Below are positions 61,111 through 64,000 of a stretch of DNA of 64,000 nt, piece by piece. The notes beneath the pieces are model-generated. The model did no database searches and was not told the origin of the DNA. It was given only the letters and a program-made list of their open reading frames with translations. Location: positions 256,001-320,000 of the forward strand of contig CM000208.1 of assembly GCA_000002445.1 (NCBI GenBank), read 5' to 3'. The DNA comes from Trypanosoma brucei. Its lineage: Eukaryota. The translations under genes were made by a program, and so were the position numbers. Position 1 is the stretch's first letter, and the number at the start of each line of letters is the position of its first letter.

Positions 61111-62556
61111 TTAAAAACAAAAGGATCCGTCATCCTGGGTTTCGCCTTCGTCTAACGAATCTTTGGCCGGTCCCTCACCCACCGTTCCTCCACCCTGGCG
61201 TAGTGATTGCAAAAGAACACGCCGCACGCGGCTGATGGGAACTTCATCATCGCAGCGAGAAGCATTAAACGCACCTCGTTCACTCCCCCCAACCAGACTT
61301 GTGAAGAAATTCCTATCAACACAACTTCTCCGTACGGCAAAAATAAGTGCCTCTGAGTCCGTCGCCTTCTTCTTGGTTGCGATATTGTACAAAACCACCT
61401 TGGCATCATTCCCTGTTCCTTCGGAATTGCTGCATTCAGTCGATGTTCTCCCCTCTCTCCCAGCGTCCCTCTCACGTCCCACCAACCTCCTCTTCCTCTT
61501 CCCTGCGAATGCCCGACAAAGCAAAGGGAACGGCCTATGGACATCTGTAGGTTTCGCAAATAGTGACTCGACCCACCGAACGTCAGATATCTCTTTGTCC
61601 TGCACAGACATAAATAACGTAGAAAGGAGTCTATGAGACCACCACTCGCGGCCGTAATGAAGTAACAGCTCATCGCCCTCCTTAAGATCAACGACAGGCA
61701 TCAGAACCAAGAGTTGTGTGTTATCGTCAACAGTGAGGCGGACGTTAGCCTTGCATGTCAGGGCGCGGACCAGTCTCAACTGTCCCGTGTACTGTTCCTT
61801 CTCTACGGCAACAACTGATTCATGGGAACTCCCGCCAGTGGCATCAGACCCAATCAACTCCGCTTGCTCAACGCCTACGCTCGTATCCTCGTACACTTGC
61901 ATACGTTCCCTGTGCCTTCTCCAGTAGGTAGGGCTCGCCAAGTCATCATTTGGAGGCATTTCCCAAAGTATTCCGTCATTAATCTCAAATAAATGCTCTT
62001 CTTGGATGCAGAGCGGTGACACAGCCCCCGCTGAAGTACTGCGACCAGGAGATGCGGCTGCAGAAGACTGCATTGCATCCCCTTTGTCTTCCACAACAGT
62101 TTCGTCTTCTTCATCTTCAAAGTCAGCAGGATTACAGTCGCCGCCAGAAGCAGTGAAAACGCCCTGTTCTTCACCCTCATATCGCAGACCCAAAGAACCG
62201 GAACCATTCCCCGTAGAACACACGTGAGTGTAGCGATGGTGGTGCCGCTGCATCCATGCCCTCAGTCCGGAAGGATCAGAGAGCGGTGCGTGAGTGCTGG
62301 GTGCGAGTAAATACCAACCACGCAACGTGGCGATATTGAAGCACATCCCACTGCTAAACTGGTGTCGCAGGGCAAGAAACCGCCTCAGTGATATCGTGCG
62401 TCTGGGTGCACTAATAAGATTACACAGGTACGGAGGAGAAGTAGCTCCAACCGTTGGCGCTATTTCCACCGGAGTGAACTTTTTAAGAGCGCAAGTGAGG
62501 AAGACGCCTGTAGCCCCAGGGACAACTTTGCTGGGCCCAAGACAGGTCAGGGGCAT
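61111..62556 (-). CDS. Hypothetical protein with a SET-domain-like C-terminal region
   Basis: The motif EGDELLLHYGREWW resembles the SET C-terminal signature (G.EL..DYG..YW), and an upstream segment (RLVRALTCKANVRL) resembles a SET core. The assignment is tentative. Confidence 0.4.
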   Translation of the reverse strand: MPLTCLGPSKVVPGATGVFLTCALKKFTPVEIAPTVGATSPPYLCNLISAPRRTISLRRFLALRHQFSSGMCFNIATLRGWYLLAPSTHAPLSDPSGLRAWMQRHHHRYTHVCSTGNGSGSLGLRYEGEEQGVFTASGGDCNPADFEDEEDETVVEDKGDAMQSSAAASPGRSTSAGAVSPLCIQEEHLFEINDGILWEMPPNDDLASPTYWRRHRERMQVYEDTSVGVEQAELIGSDATGGSSHESVVAVEKEQYTGQLRLVRALTCKANVRLTVDDNTQLLVLMPVVDLKEGDELLLHYGREWWSHRLLSTLFMSVQDKEISDVRWVESLFAKPTDVHRPFPLLCRAFAGKRKRRLVGRERDAGREGRTSTECSNSEGTGNDAKVVLYNIATKKKATDSEALIFAVRRSCVDRNFFTSLVGGSERGAFNASRCDDEVPISRVRRVLLQSLRQGGGTVGEGPAKDSLDEGETQDDGSFCF

Positions 62557-63028
62557 GACAATAAACTACAATCACCGTCGGTCTTCCTTATGTCTACCGT
62601 ATGCGAAGGGTTGTATAACGTTTGGCAAATGCATAGGGAAAAGGGGTAACGTAAACAACACCCAAGGCAACAACAAACCAGAGGCTCTTCGACACACTCC
62701 CCCCTCCCTGAATGCTTTCCCATATCCACGTCTTGCAACAAGAACGTCATATAGTCGTTGTCACAACCAACCACCGTTTTTTACCGCTTAATCCATCTAA
62801 CTAAAACCTCATTCCCATGCCATTTTCGGTGTAGTACTTTTTACCGCTTTTTCCCTCGACAACAGGCAATTTCTTTTTGTAGGGAGCAGAGGTATATGTG
62901 CGGTGGTGTAAAGATATTAAACCGCCACAAAGGAATATATATATATGTAGAAGATGGAAGCAACGGGAGGAGGTACTCTGGCAATTCGGGGGTAAGAATC
63001 AAGCTAATTTTTTAACGGTACAATACAA

Positions 63029-63040
63029 GGGGGGGGGGGG
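63029..63040. repeat. G12 homopolymer in an intergenic spacer
   Basis: Direct reading: caagggggggggggggaaaat. Confidence 0.95.
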
Positions 63041-63571
63041 AAAATAGGGATAACAAACCACAATTAACGCAATTTGATGTGCAACGCCAGATCTGGCATG
63101 TCGCTGCAGACCTTCACTCCCGTTTTCCCACCGGCACAAGTGCCAAAATCTACGTGTTCGAGGGTAGCGAGCAAAAACGAACCCTCTAACGAATCGGCAC
63201 CAGCGATAGCTAGCACAAAGGGAATAACATAGCTCACGCTTTATTCGAGCATGAAATAAGAAACTTATTCCATGCGACACCCCCTAGTAGCCGGCACGAG
63301 ACAAGTTAACGCACTGCGACATGCACACCTAACCGAAACGGCCGTGTGTGCACAATTCCCTCCAAATGACCAAGGTACTTCATCACACTTTGTGATTCAC
63401 CCCGCGTCGAGTCTATACAGTTTAACTTGTATCTAAATATATATATATATATATGCGTGTATATCTTCGCCTCACTCGTGGTGCAGGAGGCAACCACCAT
63501 ACTGAAGAGATACGCGCTATGACCATGACCCGCGGGGATGCTCCCAAACAACGAGCACACAAGTGAGTATA

Positions 63572-63976
63572 TTATTTCTTCCGGGTCCGACTCTTACCTC
63601 TCGTTGTCTTCTTATCATTCACGCCTGCGGCAGTACCACCGGTTGAAGCGGAGTATAGCCTCCTTCTTGTTGCACCGTACATACCGAAACGAACAGCAGA
63701 GAGATCAGCCAGCGAGAACTCTGACTGCGAACTGCACCGGTCAAGGAGCTTCGACATCCGACGCTGGTACGTTGTCATGGTCGCAACTAATGGAGATGAA
63801 TCGTTTGCTGTGAGCTCCGAACTAGTTGACAAAGATGTGCTCAAGGAGAAACATGACAGCGGCTCCGGAATTTCGAACGTGCGGCTGCTCGACATGGCGA
63901 CAGAACACGGTTGAGAAATTGGTGGGTCGCTACAAACCTTTAGCTGCGCGAATTGACCTTGCTGCTCCTCAAACAA
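63572..63976 (-). CDS. Probable C-terminal part of a protein whose N-terminus may lie beyond the window edge
   Basis: 134-aa ORF in the same orientation as the minus-strand array. It has a Ser/Thr-rich body and a basic C-terminal tail. The reported Met is 24 nt from the window end, so the true 5' end is unknown. Confidence 0.3.
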   Translation of the reverse strand: MFEEQQGQFAQLKVCSDPPISQPCSVAMSSSRTFEIPEPLSCFSLSTSLSTSSELTANDSSPLVATMTTYQRRMSKLLDRCSSQSEFSLADLSAVRFGMYGATRRRLYSASTGGTAAGVNDKKTTRGKSRTRKK

Positions 63977-64000
63977 CCCCCTTCGAGGTTTGCGGTGTTT

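Overview
This 64 kb window looks like trypanosomatid nuclear DNA. It has long same-strand gene arrays without introns, pyrimidine-rich spacers between genes, and (TA)n/(AT)n microsatellites in those spacers. From memory of gene content and order, it most resembles Trypanosoma brucei chromosome 10, in the neighbourhood of the three tandem serine carboxypeptidase III (CBP1) copies, CCT-delta, the PCTAIRE kinase CRK1, tandem RPS23 and RPL9. This placement comes from recall, not a database search.

The window holds two gene arrays that converge on each other.
- The plus-strand array runs from about 745 to 16848. It carries a UIM-motif protein, a tail-anchored coiled-coil protein, a PRP4-like WD40 splicing factor, a 1756-aa protein with about 25 IQ motifs, a TFIIIC tau95-like protein, a signal-peptide/GPI-like surface protein, and a 160-aa ORF.
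- The minus-strand array runs from about 22259 to the window end. It carries three mosaic tandem copies of serine carboxypeptidase, CCT-delta, a CRK1-like CDK, two RPS23 copies with identical coding sequences, RPL9, a 1798-aa N-terminal-motor kinesin, a Pro/Gln-rich protein, inner-arm dynein light chain p28, an epsilon-like tubulin, a 1000-aa Ser-rich protein, a 148-aa membrane protein, IFT172, a SET-like protein, and a partial ORF at the edge.
- Between the arrays, about 16.9-22.2 kb is a convergent strand-switch region of roughly 5 kb. It has no convincing long ORF and no tRNA gene I could find. It does contain C13, C11 and G9 homopolymers, a CT-skewed block of about 650 bp, and short protein-like fragments.

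I see no prokaryotic-style system (no CRISPR array, no operons). The parts most worth a second look are the strand-switch region, the gene-conversion mosaicism and a spacer indel in the carboxypeptidase array, the coding-sequence-restricted homogenisation of RPS23, and several unusual proteins (the IQ-array protein, the TFIIIC-like protein, and the surface-like protein at the end of the plus-strand array). Several start codons in the ORF track are probably over-extended at the 5' end. All product calls rest on motif recognition by eye; nothing was searched.
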